DNA from: Parasitella parasitica NRRL 2501
Taxonomy: Eukaryota; Fungi; Mucoromycota
Assembly: GCA_025201805.1 (NCBI GenBank)
Contig: MU619305.1
Location: 105,585-169,584 of the forward strand
DNA: 64,000 bases
Direction: 5' to 3'
A program made the position numbers and the translations under genes. Below, in pieces: positions 12,597 to 27,500 of this stretch (position 1 is the stretch's first letter; each line of letters begins with the position of its first letter). The notes under the pieces were generated by a model that saw only the letters and a list, made by a program, of their open reading frames with translations, ran no database searches and had not been told where the DNA came from.

Positions 12597-15061
12597 TTAT
12601 TCTTTTTTTAATTCAGATAATTCTTGAATGCGAGCTTGCAGTTTAGGCACTTCAAGTAGTTTTGCTTCAATCTATTTAATACAATATGAGCATTAAATGC
12701 TAGTAAACGATCGTGTAAATGTAACACTTACAGCATTCTTTTCTTCTTGAAGAGCTAATCTCTTTTGAGCATCTAATTTCGTGAAAACATAGCCGCCCTG
12801 GCCATCGTATTGAAGAATAAAGTTGTGATATTTCCAAAGTGATGGACGATGAGAGACAGTTAAAAGAGAGATACCAAGAGCAGTAGCGTGAGTGTACATG
12901 ATTTTCTCAATGTCCATACTAACAGCGCTAGTACATTCATCCAAGATGGCATAGCGAGGGGCATGATAGAATAATCTTGCCATGGCAATCTGGAAAAATC
13001 AGGGCTGTTAATACACGTTTTCATCTGAAATGGGATGATCGCTCACACGTTGTTTATCACCACCAGATAACGCAAGCGTCCATTCTTTTTCAGTATCCCA
13101 GCCACCTTCTCTCTCGACGATATGTTCAATTTGGACAACTTGGAGAATATCCAGCAAATTTTGATCTGTTATGTTTCTTTCCTTCATCTCCTTCGTTGTA
13201 TCAGGATACAGGATCCTATGTATCATTTTATAGCTAAGATTTCGGTATATCAATGTGTTTTGTATTTAACTTACTGATCACGGAGTGTTCCCAATGAAAG
13301 ATAGGGTCTCTGAGGGATGTAGAAAATGTCTCTATGGCTCGGTCGATGGACAGTACCGCCATAGACGGGCCATAAACCACCCAAAATTCGAAACAAGGAG
13401 GACTTGCCACATCCATTAGGCCCAACGATCAAAAGGTGCATCTAACAACGAGCAGTTGAGTGACATTTCTTGTACAGCAAGCACAAAAATTGAGTAACTT
13501 ACACCGGGTTTCACGTGAAAGTTCAACTTGGGGACGAGTACATCGCCGTTAGGACTGACAATGGGAACATCCACAAATTCAATATTCTCGCTTTCAACAA
13601 CGCTGCCACGGCCTTTGAGTGTCTCGGCATTAGACTCCGTTGAGCTGGAAGAAACCAAGTTTTTCTTGTAATGGCCGGCCTTGACATCTTGGAATACCTG
13701 GAGTAAATCATTCACTCTGCTAGTGTAACCTGCCAATTCAGTAATCTCCTTGTACGCATACATTATACGACCTGCAGCGTCGGATGAGCTCAGTAGCAAG
13801 CGACGATTTGTGACAAACCCTTCAGTGCGTCCGCCTACAGACACATCTCCAGTCAAGCCAGGCACCTTGAAGAAGACAGGCACACTGCAAAGCACCAGAC
13901 CACAAGCACCCCAAAAGTACTTGATGACAAAGTCCTCCAGCATGCCATGGGGGACACGAACTCGAAAGACACGATTTACATGGCGAATCAGGGCATAATA
14001 GCTCTTGTCTAATTCAGTCTTTTCGATTTCTTGGCCGTCAAATAGGGCGATTTCTTCTGCATTTTCAATCAGTCGGCTATGTCTGAAACGGAATTCGCCT
14101 TCCAGTTTCTGCTCTTCGGCCACCATTTTACCAAAAGAGGGCGTATAATTACGCATCACAACCGACGATATGTTGATGATGAGAGAGCCCAAAAAGACGG
14201 CTTCAAAGCCAACGCTCCTTGTCAGTTGGTAATTGTAGATAAACACATCGAGGATAGGCTTTGCGAGGTTTGAGTACAGTTCTGCCAATGAATTTGAAAA
14301 CTTCATGGTGTCTACCGTGATACACTGGTCGGCATTTTTGATGCGATCGTCTAGGTTGCCAACGGCATAAAAGGTCATATCGGACAGGTATTGATCGTGG
14401 ATATACGTAGTCAAGCGGGTACGGAATTGGATCGATAGCTTGCTCTGCATGTAGCTCAACATACTATTGGTGTATGTTGCTGGAATGGCCACAGTCATCC
14501 ACCAAACGATGCCTAATACGAATTCCTTAATCTGGCCTCTGACAAGGGCACTGACGATTCGGCCGTCGAGAGAAGCAATGTAGACTGACAAGACGGTTCT
14601 AAAGACTAGTTGCAGTGCGTGTTAGTATGATGTGCCATTTATCAGTTTAGTTTGCCCATACTCAGAAATCCAGAGTGAATGATTAGAAGCCAAAACTCCT
14701 TGGATCGGATGCCAGGCATTACGATTTGCAATAATCTGTATAGTTGCTTGAAAAATACCATGTCCACCTTGGATGCATGTTAGAAAACGACCACGGGTGC
14801 ACGTATGTTTGTATTTACCTCCACTTTTTTATTCTTATTTTTTGTGGCATCTGTCTTTTTGGATGCGGGTTCAGTGTTGCTCTTTCTAAAGGCCTTTACA
14901 AGTCGCCTTAGTGATAGTAGGGAACGAAATATGAATAAAAACAGAATAGAACGCTGTATAGAGGTGCGGTATTTCCCATAGTTCTTGACGAATCTGGAAG
15001 CATAAGGCAGCAGCGATAAACCCCACTCTTGCAATGCCAATTTGCTAAATACGTTTGGCAT
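12597..15061 (-). CDS. Peroxisomal ABCD-family half-transporter (PXA/PMP70-like), multi-exon
   Basis: [17 protein letters not shown]-like LIENAEEIA, Walker A GPNGCGKS, signature LSGGDKQR, Walker [21 protein letters not shown]. Confidence 0.94.
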
Positions 15062-15187
15062 ATTAGGGCAAAACTAGGGAAACTGGAGGAAAAAGAAAAA
15101 GAAAAGGGATAGTGGAGATTGTAAAAAGTCAAGCGAGCATTTTAATATGTACGTATAAATTCATAGAAATGCATGTGAAAATGATGC

Positions 15188-18100
15188 TCAAGGATCACAT
15201 GTGTCGAGCAGAATTTGGGAAACTTTGTCTTTAAATTGAACGGGTAGCCAGGATTGAATGCATTGTAATGAGTGCTTAATCTATTGTAAAGGTTAATTCA
15301 TCGACATGTATGCCAGCACGTACAAAGAGCTCACCTGCTGCTCCAGCTGCTGTTTATACTTGATTTCTTTGTACTCTGCGTTCTTCTCACAGACACTCCA
15401 AGCCTCTAAAATACTCTCCACAATCTTCACCAGTTTATCTCCATACTGGTCCCGTTGTTTGGGTGTAGTCAATGCCAGACACGCATTAATTCTGACTTTA
15501 AAGTTTTTGCAATGGAGCAGAGAATGGATCAATGATTGATATAGAGTGTGAGTCCATGGATAGATGCCGCCTTCTTTGGGTATAAAGCCGATAGGAAAAT
15601 GCGGGTTTAGCAACATGTTGCTGGTAGCATGGCAGGCATTCCATCGAACTTTCAGTGATCCCGCTTCAATGTTCTTTTCTAGTCCTTGCATGGCATTTTT
15701 CACCAATGACATGATTCTTGTATTTTCATAATACTCCTTTGGCGTAACCCGCAATAAACTCCCAATGGCTCGAACTGCGTTTGATCGTAATTTTTCATTG
15801 TCCAGAGATCCATTAGTCGACATTTCAAGTACTTGAATCCATTCAGTAGTGGACATATAGTCTCTGAATCCAAAGCTTGCGTTGTTGTCGTTTTCCGATA
15901 CAAGTGCATCGCACAGATTGGCAATCGCCCAGCTAGCGCGAACTCTTACCAAGATTGTTTTGTCGTCTTTCTGCAGTAAAATCACCTTTAGCATATCTGA
16001 GAAGAATAGGGGATCATCTCTTAATGATGGAAACAAGACAAATACACCAAGTGCTCGACATGCTGCCGCTCTAACATTGGGGTCGGCATCCGACGCTAGC
16101 GAAAATATCAATGTTATTGCTAATCGCTGGTATCGATACTATTTTGCAGACAGTCAAGAATGTGCCATCGGATGAACACGTTTAAACTTACGTGGAAAGA
16201 TTCAAATATGTCTTTGGACATGCTAGCAAAGCAATCACAGGCAGCGACACGCACAGACGGCATTTCTTGGTTAGTGGCTGCTTTTTGCAGGTAGCTCTCA
16301 ACGATGGTCTGCCACCACAGCACATTTTCTGGTGAGATGTCTCCCGATTCGTGAATAGCGGTTGCATAGGACTCTATAAACTTCAGACTAGCTGCAGAGA
16401 TTGGAAGGGCGCAAGTCGTGTCAACTAGTTTTTGCCACAACAATGGCATGGTATCTTTGTAGTAGTGTTTAGTCAGTGTGGTACATGCGGGCCAAACTTC
16501 CGCTTGGGCCTCTTGGTCATCTTTTTGTTTGCTGATGGCCGGCAATATGATTTGATCAACAACATCGTTTTGAATCAACTCTCTCAAATTGTCTTGTGGA
16601 ATACTGAATATCGAAGAGACTACTTTTAAGATTGGGCCATGTAAATCTAGCCAACAAAAACACACGTTAGTTGTAAAGACACACTCTGGCGGGAATCAAG
16701 ACAATTTACTTTGCTCTTTCCAATGATCTGCAACTGCATGATATAGCCTCGGCAAATGTGATTTTGAAAGCTTTTCATACGAACAGTTTGCGACAAGCGT
16801 TGTGATGACATGCATTGTCAATGCTAAAACCTGATTTGATTGCTCTTTGCGCAGTACTTGAATAAGGCCTTGATGTAAATCTCGAATTATTGAGCCAAGA
16901 TTCTCGGATAGTGATGTAAAAGAAGACTTGTTCGTGTCACTACCATTGCCGTTGAATACATGAAAATTCACCCAAATACCCACAGCATCCTACCTTTCTT
17001 GAGCCAAACTCAGATACTTTTTAGATCCATCCAACATAGATACAAGTGTGTTGCACACTGCTGTGCGCACAGTGACCATGGGATCATACAGTAATATAGT
17101 GAAAAGCGAATATGGCTGATTGTCCGATCTAAGTAAGGGGGGCAGCTCTCCGTTGGATGCGTTATTGTTCAGAAAAATAGAAAACGTGTCAGGCAAGAAT
17201 TTATGCCAATGAGGGTACAATGCTTTCGGTGTAGTCTAGATACAAAACCATCAATGCATTGCGGTAATAAACATACTTTTGGACCTACATTAGCAATAGC
17301 AGCCAAGCAAAGCAGCGCATTGATTCTGATTTTTGCATTGTCTCTCTGTCGTCGGGGTGACAATTCTGTCAAGCTACCAGAATCTGACAATTCAGACTCT
17401 GAACTGGTAACAAGCAAAGTTGATTTATGTAGAGGAGCTCTCCATGACATTTGAAAAGGTCTATTTGCTGCCATTGGAGCAGCAGTAGATGTCGACGACT
17501 GAAGCAGTCTATTCCTTCTATTGGGAGTCGCATTTGATGGCTGCCCAGCACCATACAACTGCACAGTGACATGCAAAAATATAAAAGTGTATATAATCTC
17601 AACGATATCGCACAACGGGTTAGTTATCAGCGATTTATCCTGGGCTAGCAGAAACTGCAGTGACCGCAGAGTTGAGCTGGCTACTTTTCGAACAGCTGTG
17701 TCGGCAAAATCCAACGAGGTCGAAGCAACCATGATTGTGCCTTGCGCTGTACGGTCCACTGTGCACACATTCCCCAAGAGACAGGCGTACAAATCTTGGA
17801 ATAGTGGCTGTAGTTTCGTCTCTGCAGCCCCTGCGCAAGCATTGCCGATGCAATTGATGGCCATTCGACGCACTTCCAAAGGTTTAGACGATCGATCACC
17901 CAGTGCGAGCAAAGTTTTCGCCAGTCGAGCAGCAATTCGCTGTGTGTTGTGAGCATTTTCGAATATCAAGGCGCTCAAAGCTCGCAACAAGTCAACCTTG
18001 TGCTCATTGTCGTCATCGACAGTGTCTACGCCGTCTAGCAGGTATTTGATTGTTACGTCAAACTGTGAAGGGCGAAAATTGGCGATTCGAATCTATCACG

Positions 18101-18466
18101 TATGTCGTCGATTAATGTCAAAACGATACAGATTGCATTTGCTATTACTTGTTTTGAAAGCTGCTTGTACAAAAACTGGCAAAATGGGCGAGATAAAGCA
18201 TTCTGATGGCCTAAGATTTTGCATCCAGCAACAATTACATCGATTACTTGCTAGCCGAAAAGACAAAACATTACTAACAGGCAACGCTTTGGCTGTGTTT
18301 CTTTTTCTATTACCTGGTCTGGTATATGCTTGACGTGCTCCACTGAAGCAAGTAAATCAAAGATGGTCGCTGCACTCGTTTCCTGATCTACTAAATCTGG
18401 AAATGCCACCTGCTTATATTGATCCAGCAGTGAGTAGAATGCATCCAAACTCTTTGAATGCGCCAT
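15188..18466 (-). CDS. HEATR6: HEAT repeat-containing protein 6-like (DUF4042), multi-exon
   Basis: KIRINALLCL, W..FLPD, SLFTILLYDP..VR, VRVRASWAIANLCD, KVRWNACHA, NFKVRINA characteristic of HEATR6. Confidence 0.85.
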
Positions 18467-18637
18467 GACTATAACCGAAAAGAAGGCAGAGCAGAGCAGA
18501 GAAAAAGAGAGAGAGATACAAAAAAACAAAAAAAACAAAAACGCACAAAAACAAGAAATAATTTTTATAGCTGAGCGGACAGTCCTTGAAGAGCACAGCC
18601 AGGGCACTCACTCAGCATACATGTAGAGGTTTATTTT

Positions 18638-19770
18638 CTAGACAAGAGTTTCAACAGCCTTTATCAGTTCTTGGAAATCGAACTCGGCAGGTGATTTATG
18701 GAACTTTTCAACGAGCTTCAACTTGTCTTCGCCCCCAGTGACATAGAACTGCTGGAGAGCAAATGCCAAAAATTGGGCATTGGCTGTGTCCAGCATGCGA
18801 GGATCGTCATTGATCTCGCCCTTCATCAGAACTATGCCCTTTGACTTCTCAAGTTCGGGGAAATGAGTCAGTGTGAGAAAAGGCCTCGCCTCAGTGCCCT
18901 TTGTCTTGTACTCTAGAAGCGAGGTAAAGTTGACTTGATGGAAATTGAACTGCAGGAAAAAGAACTCGACGCCCTCTTCACGAGGCATAGGGACTACAAA
19001 CTACAGACAAACATGGTTGGTACAAGTCAATAAACGTTCAAATTTCACTCGTTTACCACAGGATATTCTTGGCTACGCTTGTAAAGTTTATCATAGACAT
19101 CACTGGGAATCACAGCGGTGATGCAGTCCTTGTTGGCATGTCCTGCATTCCAGATTTGTGCAATATTTTCAGGTGTTTCGTTTTCGAGTAAGCTCAGCTT
19201 TACAAGTTTGTCCAATGTCTATAATCAAAATTCATCAGTGTACTCTGCATAATGTCATTAAAAAAAAAGAAGAAGGCACACATACTGGTGCTGAAGAGTC
19301 GTAAGGCAGTTGGGATTTGGCAGCAATAGTTGCAGCAGATGCCTTTTTAGTTGTTTCAGCAACGACTTTGGGCGCTACTTTTTTAGGTTGGGCCGCCTTG
19401 AGCTTTATTGCTGCCTCGTCTTTGAGCTTTTGCTTCAATTTCTCGACACTAAGACCCTCTCTATACGAAAACACTAGGCATTTATTAAAATGCAAAAAAA
19501 AAAGCAGATGTAAATACCTCTTGGCAATCTCTTGAATCTTTTGAGCATATTTAGCCTCAAAATCAGTAACGTTGTACGCTGGGGCAGTGTAAAATCTGCC
19601 TTGCCCTACAATTTCATCAATACATCGACCCTCAGTTGCTCGAATTTTGACAGTTTACCAAGTTTTGACGGAACTGAGCATCTTTCAAGCTGGAATAGAG
19701 GATTTGAAGCCAATTTTTTGGGTGAGGCATTCAGGTTTCTGGCAATATGCCGAAAGACAGTTGAAATCAT
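18638..19770 (-). CDS. ATP11: Mitochondrial F1-ATPase assembly chaperone Atp11, multi-exon
   Basis: MPREEGVEFFFLQF, FTSLLEYK, THFPEL..KGIVLMKGE, LQQFY, FH..P.EFDF; basic N-terminal presequence MISTVFRHIARNL. Confidence 0.92.
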
Positions 19771-19961
19771 TGCACAGTTTCTTACAAGTAATTGTTATGG
19801 ACAGAATTCAGCTTTTTTTATCCAGATGGCAAATGAACATCCCAACCACCGTGACTCGAACAAGGTTTTTAGGACTATGAAAACAATGACCCTAGTAGTC
19901 CCTCTCTGCTTTATCTGTGAGATTGCTGAAGCCTTTTCATTCTCCCTTGCTTCCTTACAAT

Positions 19962-21299
19962 ATGCTTAGACTCACAAATCGAATTGTAACGAAAAAGTAA
20001 TAGTTTAATGGCACGGGAAATCTATGCCGCAATCCCTGACAATTTCTTTTTTTTTTTCGTAGTAGTACATTTGCTCGCATCGGTCACAATGCCTCGATGT
20101 CTCGTTTGGTAAGCAGAGCTGTCATTGTGCACACACAGGCACCCGAGATTATATTAACAAGAAAGTTGCAATAGCTGTCGACTAGCTTGATGAGCATGAG
20201 AAGAGTCCAGCCTTTGAGCGTCATTGCACAAAGAGCTGCAAAGAGTAACGGCACTCGTGTGTTGGGTAATGTATCCATGGTGAACCAAATTAGCACTCGC
20301 CAGCTGAGCACCGAGGAAAAGACAGAGGCTGTCAACACCACCAGCGATTCAGCTAGAGAGCTGATCCAGCAGGCAACCCAAACGACTTCGCCAGACGCAC
20401 TTGTCAATGCCGCTTCGCAGATTGGAGAATTCAAGGCGCTTGGATTATGTAATTTCACGCCTGTCGGTGGTTTGGAAGCCATGTTTGAATACATCCATGT
20501 ATACAGCGGCTTGCCATGGTGGGGAACAATTGCCGTAGCTACTGTAGCTGTCCGTGTGGCGCTTTTGCCTTTGATGGTTAAGATTCAGAGAAACAACGCT
20601 AGACTGATGAACATCAATCCGGATGTCACTCGCATCATGGACAACTTGAAATCAGCACAATCGCAAGGTGACTCCTTGGCTACTGGAAAATATACACAGG
20701 AAATCCAAACACTGTTTAAAAAGAACGAGTGTCATCCCATGAAGTCAATGGGTCTCCCCTTGATTCAGATGCCTGTCATGATCTCCTTCTTTATGGCCAT
20801 TCGCGCCATGGCAGAAATGCCTGTTCCCGGCTTACAAGATCAGGGCATTCTCTGGTTCACTGATTTAGCTGCTAAAGATCCCTACTACGTACTACCTGTG
20901 GTCAGTGCAGCTGGTGTTATGGCAGTTTTAGAAGCTGGTACTGAAGCTGGGGCTGCCAACCCTCAGAGCAAAGGGATGAAGAATGTGTTCCGTGCTCTTA
21001 CAGTAGTCATGGTTCCATTTACTGCATGGATGCCTAGCGGTGTCTTTGTTTATTGGATCACCTCTAATTTCTTCTCCATTGGCCAGATCCTGGCACTAAA
21101 AAATCCAGCAGTTCGCAGCGCACTGAACATTCCAAAGCTCAAAAAGAAGCCTGAAGAACTTCAGAAGAATACAAAGGGCTTTATGGAAAACTTTAAAGAC
21201 CAACAGAAGCATCATGAAAAATTAGAAAAGGAGCGTGCTATTCGTGAAAGACAACAAGCTGCCGCTGCTGCGCGACGAGCTGCCAAGCGTAGATTTTAA
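19962..21299 (+). CDS. OXA1: Mitochondrial inner-membrane insertase Oxa1 (YidC/Oxa1 family); two short 5' exons encode presequence
   Basis: GLPWWGTIAVATVAVRVALLP, QMPVMISFF, WFTDL..DPYYVLP, YWITSN, charged C-terminal tail; spliced start MLRLTNRIVTKNSTFARIG. Confidence 0.93.
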
Positions 21300-21512
21300 T
21301 ACTCTATGTAAATTCCCTTCCCCCCTCCATCACTCCATCCACCTTTATGACTAATTAGACAAACTTTATACAAAACAAAACAAAAACAAAAACAAAATTG
21401 AATAAATGAAAACCTTGTACAGTATTTACGAATGCTGTATGGATGTATTAATAGACGATGATGATATAATAAAGTAATAGTTGAAAAAAAAAAAAAGAAA
21501 AAAAAAAGGTAT

Positions 21513-24500
21513 TTATACAGAGGAAAGCGGTGAAGATGGCTCAGAAGAGGTAGGCGTATCGTAATGTTTTTGCATGACAAGGTTTAAGCTTCGTAGCGTT
21601 ATGGCCAGTTCTTTGGGAATAAGAGGTTTTGTAAGATATCCATCCATGCCTGCGTTGAAACAAACCTCCTTTGCAGAGCTTTGAATGTCTGCGGTCAAGG
21701 CTACAATGGGTAAACGACTACTTGTGCCCGACTCAAATGCTCGAATGCGCTTAGTAGCTTCGACGCCATCACACTGTAAAGACAGGAGAAAACCGCACAT
21801 TAGTAGTTGGCACATTTGGCAATCCTGTCATATAAACTTACCTTGGGCATATGATGGTCAAAGAAGCCAAGACAAAAATAATTGGGTGGTCTTTCACGCC
21901 AAAGGTTTACAGCTTCCTCGCCGTTGTTTGCGCTCTCTACGAAGAAACCCATTTTTTCCAACTGTTTGCGAAGCAGTTTTTGTGCGACCATGTTATCTTC
22001 AGCAATCAGAACTGGCTTTTTAGCATACCACGATAGCTCATCCTTTTCGAAATAATCTTTCATGCGATTTCCTAGAGGCGTCGGTAATTGTGGCATGGGA
22101 GACACATGCTGTTGATCCAGCACTTGTTCCAGCATGCTCAATAGTTTCGCTCTTCGTACGGGTTTAGCCATTTTGACAAGTCGTCCACGACGGTCAGACG
22201 CAGAATTCGTAGCCTCAGCGGCCAATTTGTGGCCCTCAGTAGAAGGCGTGTACAGTAGTATAATGTGCAACTCGCATTCAGGATCATCGTCTACGCTTTG
22301 AAGCTGATGGGCAATAAAATTGTTTGGTTTGGCTGGGATATCCAGAATAAGAATAGGATGATGTTCCTGCAAGGCCTTGGGGACAGCCTGGTGCGTGTCT
22401 GCAGTTCGCTTAATTGTGAAATCACCCAGTAAATATCGAATCATCTTGTCATTCAAGTCGCTATGGCTAGCTAGCAAAATCGTCTGGTTTCTTAAAGAAG
22501 CTTGTAGTGTAGCAATTTTCGAAACGCTGTTTGCGTCTTCGATTCGTTTGGGCTCTTTGTTGGCAACAATTGTAAACCAAAAGTTGGATCCCTCCTCAGG
22601 CTCGGATTCTACACCCACTTGGCCCATCATCAATCGCACTAGTTGAAGGCAAATGCTCAAGCCAAGGCCAGTACCGCCGTACATGCGGGTCGTGCTGCCG
22701 TCCACCTGTGAAAAGGGCTCAAATAACTGTCGCTGTTGTTCGGGACGAATACCAATGCCAGTGTCTATGACTTCAAACTTCAAACGAACAAACTTATCGC
22801 TGTCGGAAAACTCGGCATCGTTTTGGACAACATGACATTTGATGACAACACCACCTTGATGGGTAAACTTGATAGCGTTGCCAAGCAAATTGGTCAATAT
22901 CTGTCTCAAACGAGAAGAGTCAGTGATGATGGTGTCAGGCACCTCTGGGTCAACATAGTAGGCCAGTTCCAAGCCTTTTCGAGCAGACAACGAGCTGAGT
23001 ATCTCAATGGTGTCTGCAATAACCTCTTCCACAACTAAAGGACCCAAGTCCAGGGCAACTTTACCGGCCTCCAGCTTTGAAAAGTTGAGAAGATCATCTG
23101 TTAGAGTCATATGTGAAATGTTAATGCACCGTAAAATTTGCCATTAGTCTCAACATGTTGTATATACCTATAATTTTGAGAAGCATTTCACAGCTCTCTT
23201 TTGCAGTATGAACAATATCCTGTTGCTCAGCATCCAAGCTTGTTTCTGACAAGAGCGAGATCATGCCATAAAAACCAGAAAACGGTGTTCGCAGCTCATG
23301 AGACATGTTGGCCAAGAAATCAGCCTTTAATCTCATGGCATGTAACGCTGCCTCTTTGCTTTTCCGAGCCTCTTCCAGAGCTGCCTTTTGATTTTCAATC
23401 ATTTTGACGTTGGCATAGGTAACTTTTTGAATACTCTTGAATAAAAGAGCATTTGTCACTGAAATACCAATTTGTTGCGATAGCAACCGCAAAACCACCT
23501 CATGACGACACGTTAACGAGCCCACGGCGCCTTCGATATAGATACAGCCTACTATTGCGGCCTTGTGTATGATGGGTGTGCAAATACACGATTTGGCTAG
23601 AGTCGTACAGTCCGAGAAACGAGAGTCTTGTTGCACGTCGACTATAAACATTGATTCCTGGGCATGAATAGCATAATGCGACACACGAGTGATAATGGAA
23701 TCAGCTTCCTCAGACAGCGACCTTGGCTTATTGAAGATCTCGCAGCCATTAGTCTGCGATCCACATCCCACAATCAAGAAGGACGTATTTTCTTTCACGA
23801 TGATCACGCCTGATTCAGCGCCGGAATTCTCCAAAATGATTCCCAGCATTTGTTTCATCAGCAGCTCAAAGTTCATCTCGCTCGAGATAACTTGAGAGCT
23901 CTTGAGGATAGAGGCTAGATCGACTACATCCAAAGTGAGTAAAGTCTCTTCTGGACTTGTGTCGTTGATGCTGTTTGCTTGCGAATTGAAGGTGTCTGCC
24001 GAGTAAGGTTCAGGAACAGTGAGATCACTGATAGATTCACGTTTGACGATTGTCTGGAATGTCTCTGTCTGAATGCAGGCTTCTTTGGCTTGCTCAGGCT
24101 TGATAAACTTTTCGAATAGAGACTTATACTTGGCTTCCAAGGTATTGGATTTTCCAAATAGACCCATGTGGCGATATGAAGCAATAGCTTCTCTAATTAG
24201 CGCGTAGGCAACAGATGTCAAGTCATTCTGGTGATAAAATTCGCCAGCGAGTTCATGTATGACGGCAGTTTCAAGTGGCCAGTTCCCTTGGCGAGCTTGT
24301 TGTATAGCTTGATCGTAAAGCCTTTGCGCCTTAAAATGCTCGTTCTTCAAACCAGCAAGCTCAGCGTCAATACAAGTAATGAACATTTGAAGATTGGTAG
24401 GATGCGAGTGCTGGGCCCATTTAGCCAGCCTGGCACGGCTTTTCTCCATTTCATCCATGTTGACTAGACTGATTTCCTTGCTTCTCATCATACGAATAAA

Positions 24501-27500
24501 GCTTATACATCTGAAAAAGAACATCAGATGCGTATGGCGCGCAGATGGTAACGAATCAGACATATGTGTGTGTTGAGAACTAAGTTTGATCGAAGCAGCA
24601 TCGAATTCAAAAAAGCCCAGGATAATTGATTTCATAGCGTAATAGTAGTACAGTTGAATATCGGAATCAGGATGTTCCTGTATGGCTTGCTGAATGAATT
24701 GAGTTTCATTGAAATCCTTGTCGTCGAATATGCAATCTGGCGAAAGGTGCGTCTTTCCTTGCACAGCCAGAATGACTCGCACAATCGTAGTGGCTAAAAT
24801 AGACGTTGTGCCTACAGTCTCTCCAATGCTATTTGCTTCCTCTACGCAGTTTTTGGCATCTCGTAGGACGTCAGACATGTTCTCTCCGGTAAGCAAGTTA
24901 CCAATAACAATGTACGAGTGCGCAAACGTAGCATAAATCCTATCGCCTCCCAACAAGCCTTGCTTCATCGCCAAACGGGCCATTGAGATAGATTTACGGT
25001 AAGGGTACTTCCAAGAACTCAAAAATGCAGCATAAAGGTACCGCGCACGACCTGATTCAGAGTTGCCACCGTAATTTCTACAAAGATCAACGCCTATTTC
25101 CCCAATCTGCTCACCAAATTCATAAGCTTTAAACAGCTGCATCACAGCTATACCGAAGAATACAAAACCAACGCCTGTGGTGGGCGTTGTGCCGTTTCTG
25201 AGAGTTTTCAAAACGAACCTTGAGCCGACAGACAGCATGGCACGCATGTCATTTGTCCAATATGCCCATAAGCACAATTCTTCCATAATAGAAAATCGAG
25301 TACGGATTAAGCGACTATCACAGACGGGCAGATTCAACAGGTTGCTCATTCCTACTTTCAAGACTTCATTGCGGGTATCTGTATACAGCTTTTCCTGATC
25401 CTGCTCGGTCATATCCATCTGGATATCATCCACGCCCAACTCACGTAAACACTCTAGCAGTATCGGGGCACTTTCGTGGCTTCCAGTACGAGACCAACGA
25501 TATCTGTGCTGAACTCTGTACGCCGCTGCACGATCAATGGCAGACTGAGCATGGTCCAAAATTGCTTTCAGATAGCCGCGCGTTAAATTGTAATCCATAA
25601 ACCAGCTGATTTCAGCAAGTCGAGTGTATAGGTGGAGTGTCTCGGCGTATTTGGCATCTTCCCCGTCTTGCCAAGGGTCTTTGGAGGTTGGTAGTAACTC
25701 TTGAGCGACTGAATAGTAGCTAAAGGCCAGCTTGTGAGCCCCTGAGTCGAATGCTTTGTCGCCTGCTTGAAGAAGCACTTTTCTATACGAGGATTTGTTT
25801 GGTTTATTTTTGATGAGATGCAGCGCTGCTTTGACGTGATCGGCTACCCAGAATTTGTCTACACTATCCTTTGCCATAAAATGAGATGCGATTTTTAAAT
25901 GAAAAGCGTCCTGGTTTGTAGGTGAGGCAAGCATCATGGCAGCTTGTGAGTAACGGTCATGTGTAAACTTGAACTCGTCGTTATTGAACGTTTGGATAAA
26001 CCCCTGCTGCAATGCAGACTGAAGACCGTTGATTGCATCGAATTTGCGTTTTCCAACGGTAGCGGCTCCTTGAGGAGGTTGCTTTGCTTTCGAGGCACTG
26101 TCTTCATCTTGATCCGAGTCCAGGTTTTCCTCCTCTTCAGTCGCATCGTCATTATCGTCCGTGTCTTCATTTTCCATCATCAAATTTCTAACAGTCTCGT
26201 AGTTGAAACTATTTCCAACAAAAGATGCCCATTTGAGGAACTTTCTGCCGTCCCGCGGCAATTCTTCCAATCTTCTCACCAAAAACGCAATATCCATGTC
26301 ACCGTTGTTGTCTTCTTTCATGTCTAGCAGCAGTGCTTTATCGATTTCCTGCAGGTTATATTCCCATCTTGTTTTTTCCCATGTGAAATAGATTAGATTC
26401 TTCTTTTCCAACGTCATTAGTAATTGACAGGCGTAAAACGGGTTTCCATGCGTCCTCTTGTATATAAATTCAACTAGTGGCGTTAACAAAGCTAGATCGA
26501 TTTCCTCTAGTCTATGCATTGTGATCCGAACAAGTTCCATCAAGGCTGTCTGATCCAGATTTTCAATTTTTATGTAGCTGACAATCGAATTCTCGTTTCG
26601 TAGTAGCTTTGTGATCAAGCTTGACACTTCATTCTTTCTATAGGTGAGAATAACCAAAAAGTTTAATTTGGCTGAAATAAGCGAATCAAGTAGCTCGATT
26701 GAAGCTTCGTCTGCGAGAACAAAAAAAAAGAGATTATTACGGCTACCATTTGCAATGGATGCCTAGATTTTACCTGCTTGATGTAGATCCTCCAAAAACT
26801 ATATTACTGTTAAAAACTTCGCTGGCTTCAATCATTTAAACTTACCAGTGTCACAAATTTGAAGTTGACCATGACCTGAAATATTTCAATGAATGCAGAG
26901 TGAAACCGCAATTTGATTTCGACACCTTCCACGTCGCATTCGCAGCCACTTGATTGATTACTGCTCCCAACAGAGACACCCACAAGCGAAGGTTGATCCA
27001 AAAACGACACCAGCTCGGGAACATTGTCAACAAGTAAAGTCGGTAGCTGTGCAATAGTTTCTGCGCCTAGTTGCTCTTTTAACATGCGTCGGAATCTTTC
27101 GATCTCGGATGCTGGCTCTGTCAATATGTTTTTGAGAAATATCGATAGACACCTAAGAATGCATCCGTACGGTGTCGGTTGTCGAGTGTCAAACTTGGCG
27201 ATCGCAATATAACCATACTCTCGAGCAAATTGTCGAACATTTCTGACAAGCGTTGATTTTCCAACGCCCGTATTGCCATAAATCGCAATAATCTCGGTGG
27301 GTCTCTTTCTACTATGATGTATCTTGTTGCTACTTTTGCCACTCAAGGCTTCGTTCCTGTTGTGCACACGTTTAAAAGTTGACGATTGCTCTTCCGCAGT
27401 CAACTTGAGCGGTGTGAACAATGCTGCTGCTGCGGTTGCTGTTATTTCGCTGTTCGATTGTCGTCGTCTTATATTGAATCCACACATGTATGCTGTTCTT

